A stretch of 64,000 nucleotides of DNA from Podarcis tiliguerta (taxonomy: Eukaryota): the NCBI GenBank assembly GCA_965153285.1, contig OZ229114.1. The stretch is one strand, 5' to 3'. Below are positions 10,001 to 23,302 of this stretch, one piece after another. Position numbers and translations under genes: made by a program. Below the pieces are notes generated by a model. The model was given only the letters and a program-made list of their open reading frames with translations. It had not been told where the DNA came from and did no database searches. Each line of letters begins with the position of its first letter. The first letter of the stretch is position 1.

Positions 10001-13000
10001 CAAGCCTTTTTCTGGGCTCACACTGGCTTAAGAACGTCTAGGCTCAGATCAGCCCATTGGGTCCTGGCTGAGCTAGGATGAAGGAGATAAACTGGCATTT
10101 CTCTGGCTAAGCCAAGGATGAAGAAGCTAAGCTGGTATAGCCTGCCTGTGCCAGGAACCTTCCAGGTTAGCTGGAGATCCACTGGATCTTAACTGGTTCA
10201 TATCAGCAGATCTTGCTATCTTGCTCCCTAATGGTGTGCCCAGTCATTATGCATGATAGAGAATATCTATTCAAAGGTGATGTGAGTAAGGGGCAAGAGA
10301 GGAGATGGAAAATGAGGAATTGATTCCTGTGTCTCGAAGTATGCGCCCAACCCTTCTGTAGTATTTCTCAGCGTGGAAAGCACAATTTGCAAAACGAATG
10401 AAGAAATAAAATTAAAGGGCTGTTTGCAGAGGTCTCGTTCAGAATATTGTATGACCTCATTTGCACGACCAGTTAATTGAGGGATACCATGCCCTAGGTG
10501 GGATGAGAAAGAAGGACCCTGAGCTCATTACACAGTTGCTGAGATCAGGAGTGGATGTTATGATTATTCATCTCCATGCAATTGAAAGACAGATGTACGA
10601 ATGATACTGGGTTCTTAGGATCCATTAAATTTATATTTTTCAATAAGAAGAGCACATTATTTTTTAGCGGTTATCTGAGAATTACTATTGCCAATGCACA
10701 ATATAATAGTAATTATTCTTAAATCAATGAAACAAAATGGTCCATTTTAAATCATATTCTTGTCATTGGATTAAGGTGGTTATCAGCTGTACAGTCAGAC
10801 AGCAATTACTCCACCTTAATTACTTCTGGACTTCTGGAGGTGACAGAAACTTATAATGCATGCTAGTGTGGCAATGATTTTTTAAAAAATAGATTCCCCC
10901 CCCCCCCATGTGAATGATGTGAATGCAGTAAATGTTTGAATGGAAGAGTGTGTGTCCTTGCGTATCGAAAAGATACTGCACTAGAAGCTAATGAATATTA
11001 AGATAAGGAAAAACCTGACATTCTTCATATCTGTTGCCTTGATTCACAATATGGAAGTTGTTTTGGAATCATCAAGTCTTCTAGCATAGGAAACCTAATA
11101 AGATCAACTTTTCAGCATTAGAAAATATATTTTAAAAAATATTAACACAACACAATCAAGTATGATTCTATGCAACTGAAGGTTGTGATCTTTTGCACAC
11201 TAGGACTAAGCCCTGTTGAACTCCATGAGACAAGCCTGACCCTAGAGTTACAAGGATGAGCAAGCTGGGATTTGGTAGATCTTTGACTTGGTGCTAGTTC
11301 TCAGCTCAGCAGAGCTGTGTCAACATAAGACCCCAACCCCAGCTCAGCTGGAGTTATACCATCATATCTTCCCCATCTTAGTCCAGCCAGCTGAGCTGAG
11401 CAAAGAGTGTAGGGTCTGGATTGTTGTAGACCACACTTTTCTCTGGTCCTTCATCCCCCTTGGTGGGCCTTGACTCTTGAGATGTTTCAAACTGTGCTAC
11501 TGTGTTTTTGCTTTGAGTGAGGGGTTGATTTCATGCTTTCATCTGGTACTTCAGCATTTTACTTTCAATGATATCTAAATATCTATATATTAGGAGCTAC
11601 CATCCTTGCTCTCATTGCTCACCAACACTGCCTATCTTTCTGTTACAGCTTCCTGGAGAGGGGGTGTTCTGTGTTATAATTTATTTTTTATTTCTTACTT
11701 ACCATATTCTATTTGTTTTTCTTTTATTGGATTATGGGGGATTTTAATATAAAAAGTGGTGTGAGCCATCTTGGGTATTCAGGTGTATATATGCAAAGGT
11801 GGGGCATATGTAGCTTAATGAACAAACAAACAAACAAACAACAATCATCCTTAGTTTTGTTTTCCTGCAGGCGCCCCTGAGTTAGCTTGGAAATAATCTC
11901 CAGATTCGGTTTGATGAATATGTGCAAAACGAGCCCATTAAAAGGTGCTTGGAAAGCAAGGCGATTGTTACGTTTGACCCATCCATGTGCAGATTGAAAT
12001 CTGAGTGAAAATTACCAAATGCCATCTAAATAAATATGCAGCTGGCATTTCTTCTACCAGCAATCAGTCATTGCTGGGTTGTTGTTATGTGGTGTTTGTC
12101 TCTCTCTGTGTGTGTTTTAAATGCATGATTCCACCGGGGGGGGGGGGGATACACACCAGGAAAAACTTGACTGGAAGAAATTCAGAATTTTATAAGATAA
12201 ATATCCATGCCACTCAAGGTTTTTTCTCTTGTTAGAATTCTAGTTTTGATCTCATTTCACCCTTCTTTGTAACCTTTATTTTGACAGGAAAGAAACACAT
12301 TAATCAAGTTCTGGATAGGATTAAATCTGGGGGGGGGGGGGTGTTGTGTGGGGAGAGAATCATATGACTCAGAGCAGTCCATCAGGTAGCTGACACGATT
12401 ATAACTCCTTGCTCATTATGCTAGTGGCTTGAAAATTGTGGCAAACAATCTGGGGGTTGTTAACAATCATGATAATCAATTAATCAATTAAAAAAATAAC
12501 CAGAGTTCCTCACAGTCTTTATGATGCTTGTGATCCGAACAACCTTGAGAAGATAGAGCATGTTACTCACATATTCTTCCCATTTTATAAACGGACAATT
12601 GAGTTTGAGAGGTTCACCTGAATCTACAAAGGGGATTCATGGCTTCCCTAAGCCTCTGAGTCCAGGTCTCCCACACCCAGAAGCCAGAATACCCACTGAC
12701 TGTGACTGCCCTTTGACAAATAAGACAGTGAAGAAGAAACGACGAATATTTTGTTCGTTGAATGTTTCCCCCTCCCTCTCCCCCAGCCCCTGAACTTCCT
12801 TTCCTTCACAACTACTTATTTCAACAAGGAACCATTGGAATATGGTTGTCATTTCAGCGTCTTTGACGGCCATGCTGTGCCCATATGTAAACTCTCATTC
12901 CAGTAGCTGAGAGCCAGAAGCTAATGGTCTGTTACAAATCTCAGCCTTCAGAGTGTCATATAAGAACAAGAGCACAAAGAAGATGTTTGGCCACAGGCAT

Positions 13001-13240
13001 ATCTTTGGATCCCAGCCTCATGGGCTTATTAGGAAGATACCAGCCAAACATGAAGTACAAAGGCATGCACTTACGATTCCTGTTGTTGCCCACAGCGTTA
13101 ATCCTAGAATATGTCAACGATTGTAACAAAATAATAAAATTGTGAAGGGCTTGATACAACCTAAGCACAGATATACAGGCTGCCATATTGAAATAAATTG
13201 TTGGCAAGATTGCTTTCCTCTTTTCTTGACTGAGATGGGG

Positions 13241-13281
13241 GCTGCTGCTGCTGTTGTTGTTGTTATAGCTGCTGCTGCTGC

Positions 13282-13322
<41 letters not shown>
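13241..13322. repeat. Compound microsatellite (GCT)n(GTT)n(GCT)n(ATT)n at an L2-like tail
   Basis: Direct reading; source of the poly-N/poly-I pseudo-ORFs. Confidence 0.95.
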
Positions 13323-13324
<2 letters not shown>

Positions 13325-13527
13325 AATTAATATCCCACCCTTTCTCCCAAAGGAGCCCAGGGTAGCAGATGAGCAGATGCTTTTCATGAACAAGGTCCCA
13401 GTCTTGTGTTTTTGTCCACAGATAAAGCACCTTTTTATTCACTAAGGCTTTTAATTTGTGTCCCCCCCACCCCCGATGCTGTCTCTAGATGTGGAATTTC
13501 TGTCAAACGCATTATCAGTGAGGCTTG

Positions 13528-13912
13528 TGTTATGTACAAAAGAGTGAACCCTGACTACAAAATTGGTAAGAACCAGCTAAGGAAGAACCTAATGGCTGGA
13601 TGTTAAAGTGAAAAACAACTCTAGAGAAGGTGCGAGGAAGGTTCTAACACATACAATAAAAATGGGTTGAGTAAGCTGCATTTCAAGGGCTGTGGTTGGT
13701 TGAGAGATGATAAGCTGTGGGATTGCATAAAGAATGAACAGCTAAGATGATGCATTATTTCCCTATGTGTAGTGTGTGTCCTAATGGAAAGCTCTTGCTG
13801 ACTCTTTGAACCCTGTCCTGTAATGCATTACTGAATAAAGTCTGTCCAGCTAGGAATTTGGTGTGAGCCTAATGAACTCCAAATGAGAATTTTCCCCCAC
13901 ACTCTTGCAACA
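13528..13912 (+). mobile_element. Probable old solo LTR
   Basis: TGTTATG...GCAACA termini, AATAAA near the 3' end; no clear TSD. Confidence 0.4.
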
Positions 13913-14872
13913 AAAGATTCCCCCCTCCTGACATTGATTGCTCTTTGTTGATTTTACTTATTGCATATTGCATTTCTAACATTGTTTTCCTTGTAAGCTG
14001 GAAAAATTGACTAGTGGCTATATAAATTTGATGGCGATGGTGACATTTTCAGCAGCCACACCAAGTCTTCTGTAACTTGTATTCTGGTCCTTAGGCTCAT
14101 AAATTCCATTGACCTTTATGGGCTCCAGATTCAGTGATGAATTGCTAGCAAACCCTAAAACCTTTCTCCTAAGATACATATGCCAACCTGCTTTGCTGGC
14201 AGCTTCCACCCTTTTCCCCATACCCAGAAGGAAGATTCAACGAAACGGGAATTGGTAAAAAGGTTATACTTATTAAAATATAACAAGGAAGAACTTGTGC
14301 CAATCACATTTAATAAGTGCAGGCAGGTAGAAAATCAGATCAACCAGATCAATTCTATGACCCAAGCTGGTGCGATGGGAGGCAAATAGCGTCTTCCTGT
14401 AAAGAGACAGGAAGCCAGACACCCTCACTGTTCAGTCTTCAGCAAGTGGAACATGCCAGGTCCTGAGCGCACCAAACCAAGCATCTCCACAAACCAGTTG
14501 ACGATAAGAGGTGTCTAATGAAATGCCCCCCACCCAATATGTACCAGGCTGGCAATTGTGCTATAGGCCAAATAAACCAGTCAAAATAAAACCCCTGCCC
14601 ATCATCACTCAAACAAATTAAGAGCAGTGTGTGAAGTAGGCGGGGGGGGGGGAGTGCATCCACAGGCCAATCAGAGTGCGCCCCAAAATTTATCTTCAGG
14701 CAAAAGTGGGACAGTGGGGGGAAATTTCAAACAAAAATGTCAAATCCCCAAACAAGTATGCAATGGCATAGCTATTACCTTACTGTGGGACAATCTATCA
14801 GAACCTGAACATTCCAGACAAGTTACCTCTGACCTTAAATCATTGTGATAGCATGAGAAGATGGCATAATGT

Positions 14873-15120
14873 GGGAGCCAGAGTCGTGTAGTGGTTAAGA
14901 ACGGTGGACTCGTAATCTGGTGAACTGGGTTTGCGTCTCCGCTCCTCCACATGCAGCTGCTGGGTGACCTTGGGCTAGTCACACTTCTTTGAAGTCTCTC
15001 AGCCCCACTCACCTCACAGAGTGTTTGTTGTGGGGGAGGAATGGAAAAGAGAATATTAGCTGCTTTGAGACTCCTTCAGGTAGTGATAAAGTGGGATATC
15101 AAATCCAAACTCTTCTTCTT
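14873..15120 (+). mobile_element. Squam3-like tRNA-derived SINE
   Basis: Head gggagccagagtcgtgtagtggttaagaacggtggactcgtaatctggtgaactgggttt, CORE-like gggtgaccttgggctagtcac, (CTT)n tail. Confidence 0.8.
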
Positions 15121-15595
15121 GTTGTTGTTGGCACACCCAGTATAAAGCCGCCATTTCCAAGACTGGATCCCTCGTCGGACTGAATGGGAAGGTTCCTAAT
15201 TCTCTGCTATACACATTGGTCCAGATCCAACTCTATGTGGTGTGTAGCAGCATACATAAACCAGAACAGAAAGTATGCATTCCATCAATTGTTTGTCAGA
15301 GAGGGGAAACCAATGTTTTCAATCCAACTGATGTTCCTCCTTGTGAATAGTGCCTATTTGGTAAACTGGCTACATATGGACAGTCTTAGCAGCTGAATCA
15401 GGGAAGGAAGCTGTCATGTAGCACTTATTTGAACATAGAAACACAAGAAGCTGCCTTAAACTGAGTTAGACTATGAGTCCATCTAGCTTACTGTTACCTA
15501 CACCAGGGGTAGGCAATCAGGACCCTTCAGATGATTTGGAGTAGAATTCCCATCAGCCCTAGACATCAAGACCAGGGGTAATGGGAGGTGTAGAC

Positions 15596-15731
15596 CAGGG
15601 TTTCCCAAACTTGGGTCCCCCAACTGTTTTTGGACCACAGTTCCCATCATCCCTGACCACTAGTTCTGCTAGCTAGGGATGATGGAAGTTTAGTCCAAAA
15701 ACAGCTGGAGACCCAAGTTTAGGAAACCTTG
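15596..15731. mobile_element. hAT-type hairpin MITE nested in an older related MITE (~15503-15760)
   Basis: Near-palindromic body; perfect 8-bp TSD gtgtagac. Confidence 0.85.
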
Positions 15732-15764
15732 GTGTAGACCAATAACAACTGGAAGGTACCAGCT

Positions 15765-15900
15765 CATTACAATGACTGGTAATGGCTCTCTGGGTTTGGG
15801 GCAGGAGTCTTTTCCGCCCCTACCTGGAGATTTCAGGGACTAACCATAGGACTTTCTGCATGTAAGTCTGTGCTCTTCCATTGAGCTGTGACGCCTCCCC
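15765..15900 (-). mobile_element. tRNA-derived SINE (Squam2-like), degraded
   Basis: Reverse complement of the family seen at 58350-58520. Confidence 0.6.
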
Positions 15901-17500
15901 TCAGTTCTCACCCAACAAAGGAAATGTGTACAGAAGTTGCCCCACCACTGAATAAGGATTGTACTACGTAATAGCAATGACTTTGGAACACTCCAGCACG
16001 CAATCCCTGTAGCAATGCTACACTGAGGTTTTAGATAAAGATGCCAGCTCAAGCATTTAGAACAGGAGTGTTAATCATGACAGGAAGAGGATACCCTAAT
16101 CTCCAAACAGTTAGTTCATCTAGCAGTTATAAAATGACTTAACTGATGGAATTGCACACAGCTGTCACGATCAAGGAGCCAAACTCTCTACTGAATCATT
16201 TGCTTTTGGCGTTACTATGCATATACAAATTGATGGCCAGGAAGCAGTTCACTAGTGGGAACTGCCAGCCATTCTTGCAAGATGGCTGAGAGAGGAGGAG
16301 GATTCCTGGGCTGATCGGTAATGCAGTGATGAAGGTAGGGGGCGGGTCATTGCAGATACTATTGGCTGTGAGGGTTGAGCTATAGGCAGCAGCCTGACAC
16401 CAGCCAGTAGTCAAGATTGAAGGACAAATGAGAATTGAAGGGGGAAACAAGGAGGCAGGGGCAAGGGGCAAGCTGGGCATCAGGACCCAAGAAAAAATGA
16501 GGGATATGACAAGACACTCGAGCAAAAGAAGGCCAGATTACTCAGTCAGGACTTGGAACAGGAGTTCCAATGGAGAACTCTAGAATGCAACTGGTCCCAG
16601 TAGGCTTGCTATCAGGGCTGATCAGCCCTGCTTGCAAAGTTTACTTTAAGTTTCCAGTTATCCCTTCGTAGTTACATCTTTGTGTGACTCACACCTGACA
16701 TCATGGGTGGGTGCAGTTTAGGGAAAACAGCCACACAGGTAAAACTGGGATCTGTGTCAGGCCTAATTCTGCCCACCTGCATACATGCATTCAGGTAACT
16801 TCAGTTGCAATCCTATACCTATCTGAAAGTAAGTTCCATTGAACTCAATGGGGCTTACTTTTGAGTAGGATTGTAATGGAAACTGCCAAAAATGGTCAGT
16901 TGGACGCATGCCATTGCATTGCTAAAATAAATATAGGACTTTCTATCCCTCTCTCGCTGTCTTTTTAAAAAGAGATGTTATTTTGATAGCATCCCTGTGG
17001 AAAGAAAGTATCGAAGTCTTTGTCACTGAAATAAATGGAACTTAAAAGTCCTTAGCTGTGGCTGGACTGTGCTCTTAACTTTAAGGTGAAACTTTTAAAT
17101 CCATAAGGCATTCAAGAGTGTGAAGTATATTTCAATTGATAACCTTTACTTAAATAACTAAACGCATCCAAGTCCAGCAAAAACAATTTCACACTCAACC
17201 GGTGATAAGGTTGAAGGATCCAATAATGACTTGAAAGGTTTAAAAGGAAGTAAAATATAGACTTTGGTTCATCCAAGCTATGAATCTTTTATGAAGAAAG
17301 CTTTGTCAACAGGTTGTCCTATAAGGTTGAGGATTTCATTTGAATCCATTGTTTTGAAATGAAACAATGCTTTGCCATGCCCCAGAACAACCTTGGCTGT
17401 CGCATTATGTCACAACCTAGTGTATTATAAAGTAGGGCTGTGTACAGGCCCATTCCAATCTGATTTGAGACCTGATCTGGTGCTTTGGAGGAGCCCCTCT

Positions 17501-17734
17501 CAGAGGCGGAGCTAGCTGCTCCAGCACCCGGAGCTGCGCACATACTGTACACCCAGGGTGCCGCAAGTCACCCACATGGGTGGTGTGGCAAGCATCCCAC
17601 GGGGGTGCTGCAGCGAGCATGGGCCAGCACCGCCCATGGCGAGCATCCCAGAGGGCGGCGCAGCAATGTCACCACCCCCCAGGGATGACACCCGGGGCAG
17701 ACCACACACCCCACACCCCCTTCCTCTGCCAGTG
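17501..17734. mobile_element. hAT (Tip100-like) MITE
   Basis: CAGAGGCGGAG...CTCTGCCAGTG termini; perfect 8-bp TSD gcccctct; GC-rich. Confidence 0.8.
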
Positions 17735-19903
17735 GCCCCTCTCTGTCCAGGACAATGCAACTCAAGTCCTGAACGCATTTGGGCTCCGTACACAATTATA
17801 AGATCAAAAGCAGTTGGGGGGGTGAGATATATGCAGGCTGCCTATGCATCTCCTTCTGCCCCTCTGCTCACTGCCAGAATGTTCTCCCTTTTAATAGAAT
17901 GTTCTTCCTTCCACACAACCCTGTATGCAATGATATAGAACTTCCCAAAGACAAGATATAAAACTAAGACATTTATACTTCACCAAGTCTCCATAACTTT
18001 TACATACTCTATGCAACGCCAAAATCATGTTCAAGTACAATATGGGATATATCCCAAAACCAAAGTTCCATCCAAATATTCCTTAATTCAATAGAGAGAA
18101 AAGAATCTCCACAGGTATATTTGTTTTTAAAGGATAATTCACAGACTGGGGGGGGGGGGGGCTGTCCACATCCCCAGGGGTGTTGTAGCGTTGCCCTCAA
18201 TCACTCAAACCACAGTGGCAGTGCCCCAGCTGTGTGAAAACAGGACTCCAACGATGAGATCACAGAGATTTGGGGATGTGGAAAGTTTGAAGGGAGAGTC
18301 AAGCCTTCTGCCCCTTTCACCATGCTTGTCTCCCTCATGAGAGTTGTGCCTGGAGAGGGATACAGTCTCATTCCCTGGAGGCTGGGCTGACTATTTGAAC
18401 CTGATACTAATTGAAAAAAGATGGATAAATGATATCAGACAGATGTCCACCACAACCTTAGGCCTGTTTGTGCAGCAGGATGTGTCTGGCGACGACCACC
18501 CTGAGAAAGGCAGTAGGCCATCTGCTCTGCAATCCTACCATCTCCAGGTTGAGAAGGGAGAGAGGCCCTGGAGAGCTTCTGTTAGTCAGAGCAGGCAAAG
18601 CTGAGTTGGATGAACTAATGGTCTGACCAGTAAGACAGCTTCTTATGTTCCTAAGTATACTGCATTGAGCTGAGGGGTTGAACTGAAGGACCTTCAAGGT
18701 CCCTTCCAAATCAGTAATTCTATGAACATTCCAAAGACTAATCCAGCAAATCCTCTTTTGAGGGTACTTGATTCTGCATGCTCAACAGAGGACTGCAGCC
18801 TTACAGTCAACCCAAACTTCCACCAGAGATTTTGCTCAGTGTCTTGCAACTGCTGCGTTTCACTCTGCTAAATACAAACTCTTCTCTTTCTTTCATTCTT
18901 TTACAGAATAGCATGTGTGACAGCCATTATCTCTGTGCAGCTGATCTTATAAAATATTCATTTGAGAAGTATTTGATTTATATTTTAAATAATACTAGCT
19001 CCTCGGCTCACACATTTAGGTCAATAAAAAGGGTGATTATCAGCACACAATGACCCAAAGTATTGGTACCTGAGATAAAGAATCTTAGGCATCTGTGCTA
19101 TTCTGCCTCTAGGCTATATTCAGCGTTATGAAGAAGTAAAATACAGCCGTTTGGGCACTCAGATTCAGTCCTGGCGGCACAATTTCTGATAAGCCAGCAA
19201 ATATGCACGCTCTCAAAAGACGTGGCTGGGATATTTTAGCTTCAGAATAGATTTCAGCTTCACTGGGAACCTGGGACTAGGCATTTAAACACCTGATAGC
19301 AGTTGTTCTCTCCCTGATCCCCAAACACATATACCCACATATATATTTTATTTATCTATCTATTTATTTGCCTTAAAGTAAGATTGAAACTGATGCAGAC
19401 CTGCTCAGGAAAAGAATGAGAAAGCTGTTAACAGAGAGCAGACCGAGTGTTAAATAGAATCTTTTGATTTCTTAAGGACTCATGGCTTCAGTGCAACTTC
19501 CGCCGCCATGAACTAGAGCCCACTTCATCAAATGTACAAATGTATATAAAAACGGGCAAAAGCCCAAATGAATCAAGAGGTACAGCCTTTACCTTTTTGA
19601 TTTTCAAACACTGAAGTGGCTCAGCAGTTGGGGTAGAGGTACCACTCAAGCTTCCCTTCATCGGGGTTGCTGTAGCTTACTGGAAGGAGTGAGATTGCTG
19701 CAGTGCAAACACACTAGTGGAACCAATCCAGCACTCCTGCCTGGGACAACCTGGGACAACTTCTTCAAGCATGGAGTTTCATATTCCAGATGCTCCATTC
19801 CATTTCCTCTTTCTCCCAGTTTTACCATTTTACTTCTCAGTTATCCTGGTCCAAAACTGTTTTATACGCTAGTAGCAAAACCCTGGGTGTCGCCCCCCCC
19901 AAC

Positions 19904-20322
19904 TGTTGGAAAAACGCCCGCCTGGGAAGGTTGCCAACATCCCAGGCACTCTGGGGCCTTTCTCCAATGGTCACTCTCTGGCTAGAATCCACCTTCAGTC
20001 CAGAGAGACCAGCAATAAGCGACCCCTCCCTTCTGAGAGGAGCACACTCACATTCTTCTGCCAATCCATCAGAGAAGAAAGAGACAGTCCGTAGTCTACT
20101 GCTACTTTATTAAGACTGTACAATCTTGTCTGCTCTCCGAGCAGCAAAACAACAAGAGTCTCCGACTCAACTCTAGCTTCGACTCAGAAGCGAAAGCAAC
20201 ACTCAGTAACTCCACGGTTACAATGAGAACTGGCTGAGACTTCCTGTCTCACACTCAGAGACATCACATGATGTCAACAATGTAGCTGCTCCTCACAGCT
20301 GGTGGGAACTGAAATCCCAACA
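19904..20322 (-). mobile_element. Solo LTR
   Basis: TGTTGG...CCAACA termini, minus-strand AATAAAG; flanks ccaac/tcgac. Confidence 0.65.
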
Positions 20323-20399
20323 TCGACATCCTTTTTATTATGTATTCAAGATTATTTGTGCTCCTAGTGATATCAGACTGTTATACATGACCCTGTGTA

Positions 20400-20582
20400 T
20401 GGGTGTTAGGGGAGGGGTAGTACCTCTGGTGGGGGACACATTGTGCTCCTTCCGGGGCAGTTTGTCCACCTTTGGTCCCTACCCTGCACTCAGCTCTCAC
20501 CTGTGGCTCCTAGAAGCTGCCACCATGCAACAGCAACCACAAACCGGGAAACAGCTTTGAATGGCTGGCTAAACCAGGTGAG
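20400..20582 (+). ncRNA. Candidate HDV-like ribozyme (degenerate) at the element 5' end
   Basis: P2 CTCACCTG(20496-20503)/CAGGTGAG(20575-20582), GGC-TCC P3/L3 start, GG before P4, GGCTAAA J4/2-like; P1 is intact only in the second copy. Confidence 0.5.
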
Positions 20583-20948
20583 GGTAGCCAATAGGTCTCA
20601 AACCCTCAGGGAGTTAGAGACTTCCCCTGCATGAGAAGACAGGCTCCAGCGGATTGAGCAGTCCAGACCAATAGCCGGTCCATTGGTCAAGATTGGGGTT
20701 TCTGCATGTGCTGTAGAGGGAATTGCGAGGCCGATGGGGCTCGTCAACCTGGGAAGGTATCCCATCTAGGAGAAAGAAAAGTCCTAAACTTCCACTGCCT
20801 AGCATGTTATCTTCGGGAGAAGAAATCAAACCCTATACAAATCCAGAATGGAGTCCCTAAGTTGGCTGAATGGTGCCTTGTGCACCTCATTCCAGCAATT
20901 CCTGCAGCCAAGCTGGTACCAAATGTATTGATTTCCTTTCCTTTGGAC

Positions 20949-21084
20949 CAGTGTTTCCCAACCTTGGGCCTCCAGCTGTTTTTGAACTACAATTCCCTTC
21001 ATCCCTGACCACTGGTCTTGCTAGCTAGGGATTATGGGAATTGTAGTCCAAAAACAGCTGGAGGCCCAAGGTTGGGAAATGCTG
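20949..21084. mobile_element. hAT-type hairpin MITE
   Basis: Long imperfect palindrome; perfect 8-bp TSD ctttggac. Confidence 0.9.
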
Positions 21085-21240
21085 CTTTGGACCACATCAG
21101 CAAGTCTGAAAGGGGGTGGGTTCCCTGTCATCTGGGTAGCCCAGGAACTCTATACACATGGGCTTGTGCCCCAAGGAGGTCATTTTGTGGTGCTAAAGCA
21201 GCGGTTTGACTTTGCACTGTGGCGTTCACACAGAGCCCCC

Positions 21241-21601
21241 TGTCGTTCCATGGACTATTGACCCTGCACCACCATGGCTTATCCTTTTCCCACTGCCACC
21301 AACCAGGTTTCCCCAGTACTATATTCAGACTCAGTCAGGTTGGAACCTATTAACATAGATTCTAGTTTATTGTGAACCCAAACAAGTTTTAAATACTTTG
21401 AAACACTGTAATCCGATTCACTCTCTCTGTCTCCTTCTGTCTCTAACTCACTTTGACTCCTATGCCTCCCACTCACAAGAAACCAACTGAACTAACTGCC
21501 AAAACCCCTGTGTTGAACCTTAAACACAGTTAGGCTCCACCCCTGGGCTTTTCTTATTGGTCAGCCTATTAACCCTTCCTCTCTCCCCCCCCAGTACAAC
21601 A
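21241..21601 (-). mobile_element. Probable solo LTR
   Basis: TGTCGT...ACAACA termini; minus-strand CCAAT and AATAAA; TSD not convincing. Confidence 0.5.
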
Positions 21602-22575
21602 TCTCCGTAATGAGTGGGTAAACGCCACACACACTCCATTGTCTCTCAAGGCAGGCAGAAGCCAACAACATTTTCATTACTGTTTACACCTGCAAAGGTT
21701 TTGGGGCATACATACTACTTCATTTCCAATCAGCGCATGTTCTGTAGCTTCCTTCTGAAATCCTGTAACTTTTCACACAACCCTATCGGAAGGCAATAAT
21801 ATTGTGACATCAGGGAAGCATCACAGCACAAGGAATAAAGCAGAATGGTGTGTGGATGGTCCAGTATAAATTCATCACTAAAGCACTATTATTGCATCCA
21901 TGTCATACTGCAGAATTTGCCCGCAAGAAACCACCAGTCTGTTGAGGGTCCCTGGAATCTAGCTCGATAGCAAATTGGCAGTATGTATGTTGTTATAACA
22001 TAACCTCAGTGTGCTGTGAACTGAGGAGATAAATACTGCAATGGAGTGTCTGTTCTCCTTTTTCTTTCTTTCTAAAGCAGCAACGGAAATCTCTCCTGCC
22101 AAGTCACTTAGAAATACAGCTGCTAGCTGCATAAAGCAAGCTGTTCCTGCTGCTATTTTGCTTGCCGAGAATGGTGATATATTTTACTTGCTTGTCAGGC
22201 AATAATGTACATTTTGTTGACATCTTAAGGCTCCAACTGAGACGAAGGCCTCAATCCCCCCTGATCTTATGAGTCAAGGCTCTTCCGCTGGTGCCTATGG
22301 GTTGACTCTGAAATTCAGAGTTTCAAACCACCCTTTCATATGCCTCCCCCCTTTGCTTTCTTTTAGAAGCATATGGCGAAGCAAGGTTGTCTCCTGAAGT
22401 GCTTCTAAATTATTGAGACAAAGCAAACAAAAGGTGGAGGGAGAACAGTCACAGGGACATAAAATGCTGCACCCAAGGAAATGAACTTAGATTCCTGCCT
22501 CCCACTTTAGTGACCTTTCCATCTGAACAATTGTGGAGAGACTTGAAACTTTCAAGCTGAAAACTTTCCCAGATA

Positions 22576-22820
22576 TAGTGGTACCTTGGATGTTGAATGT
22601 AATCTGTTCTGGAAGACTGTTCGACTTCTGAAATGTTTGACAACTGAGCTGCAATGGGGGGGGGGTCAGCAAATCTCATTGAGGAAAATGAGAAAGGCAC
22701 CTCGGAAGCCATTCGACTTCCAAGGCATGTTCAAAAATTGAAACATTTACTTCTGGGTTTTCGGCGTTCAGCTTCCAAAATGTTTGGCAGCTGAGATGTT
22801 CAAAAACCAAGGTTCCACTG
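22576..22820. mobile_element. Tc1/mariner (Tigger-like) MITE
   Basis: TA flanks; TIR (T)AGTGGTACCTTGG/CCAAGGTTCCACTG; related to 29595-29844. Confidence 0.75.
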
Positions 22821-22940
22821 TAGTTCATTTACTTTTAAATAGGTGGAATATTCATAAAGTTGGGGGGAGTTGAATTGTCAAGTGCCAGAATCCCAAGATA
22901 ATATTACTATTACTACTACTGATACATTTATATCTGACTA

Positions 22941-23302
22941 AGGGACGCTGACTAAGGGTGGCGCTGTGGTCTAAACCACTGAGCTACTTGGGCTTGCCGA
23001 TCAGAATGTTGCCAGTTCAAATCCCCGTAACGGGGTGAGCTCCCATTGCTCTGTCCCTGCTCCTGCCAACCTAGCAGCTCGAAAGCACACCAGTGCAAGT
23101 AGATAAATAGGTACCACTGCAGTGGGAAGGTAAATGGCATTTCCGTGCACTCTGGTTTCCATCACGGTGTCCTGTTGCACCAGAAGCGGTTTAGTCATGC
23201 TGGCCACATGACCCAGAAAGCTGTCTCTGGACAAACACTGGCTTTCTCATCCTGAAAGCGAAATGATCACTGCAACCCCATAGTCACCTTTGACTGAACT
23301 TA
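22941..23302 (+). mobile_element. Sauria SINE (runs into the gap)
   Basis: gggtggcgctgtggtctaaaccactgag head, gcaagtagataaataggtacc core, gctggccacatgaccc. Confidence 0.92.

Larger units (their letters stand above)
20400..21240 (+). mobile_element. RTE-type LINE 5' UTR region without ORF, interrupted by a MITE
   Basis: Contains cccatctaggagaaagaaaag, resembling RTE 5' UTRs; homologous to 44452-44792 (minus). Confidence 0.6.

Noticed and set aside
10221-10240. CTCF-like motif (also ~47230-47246)
   Set aside because: Partial matches of this quality are expected by chance in 64 kb.
12956-13393. Poly-Asn/poly-Ile ORFs
   Set aside because: Translations of a microsatellite.
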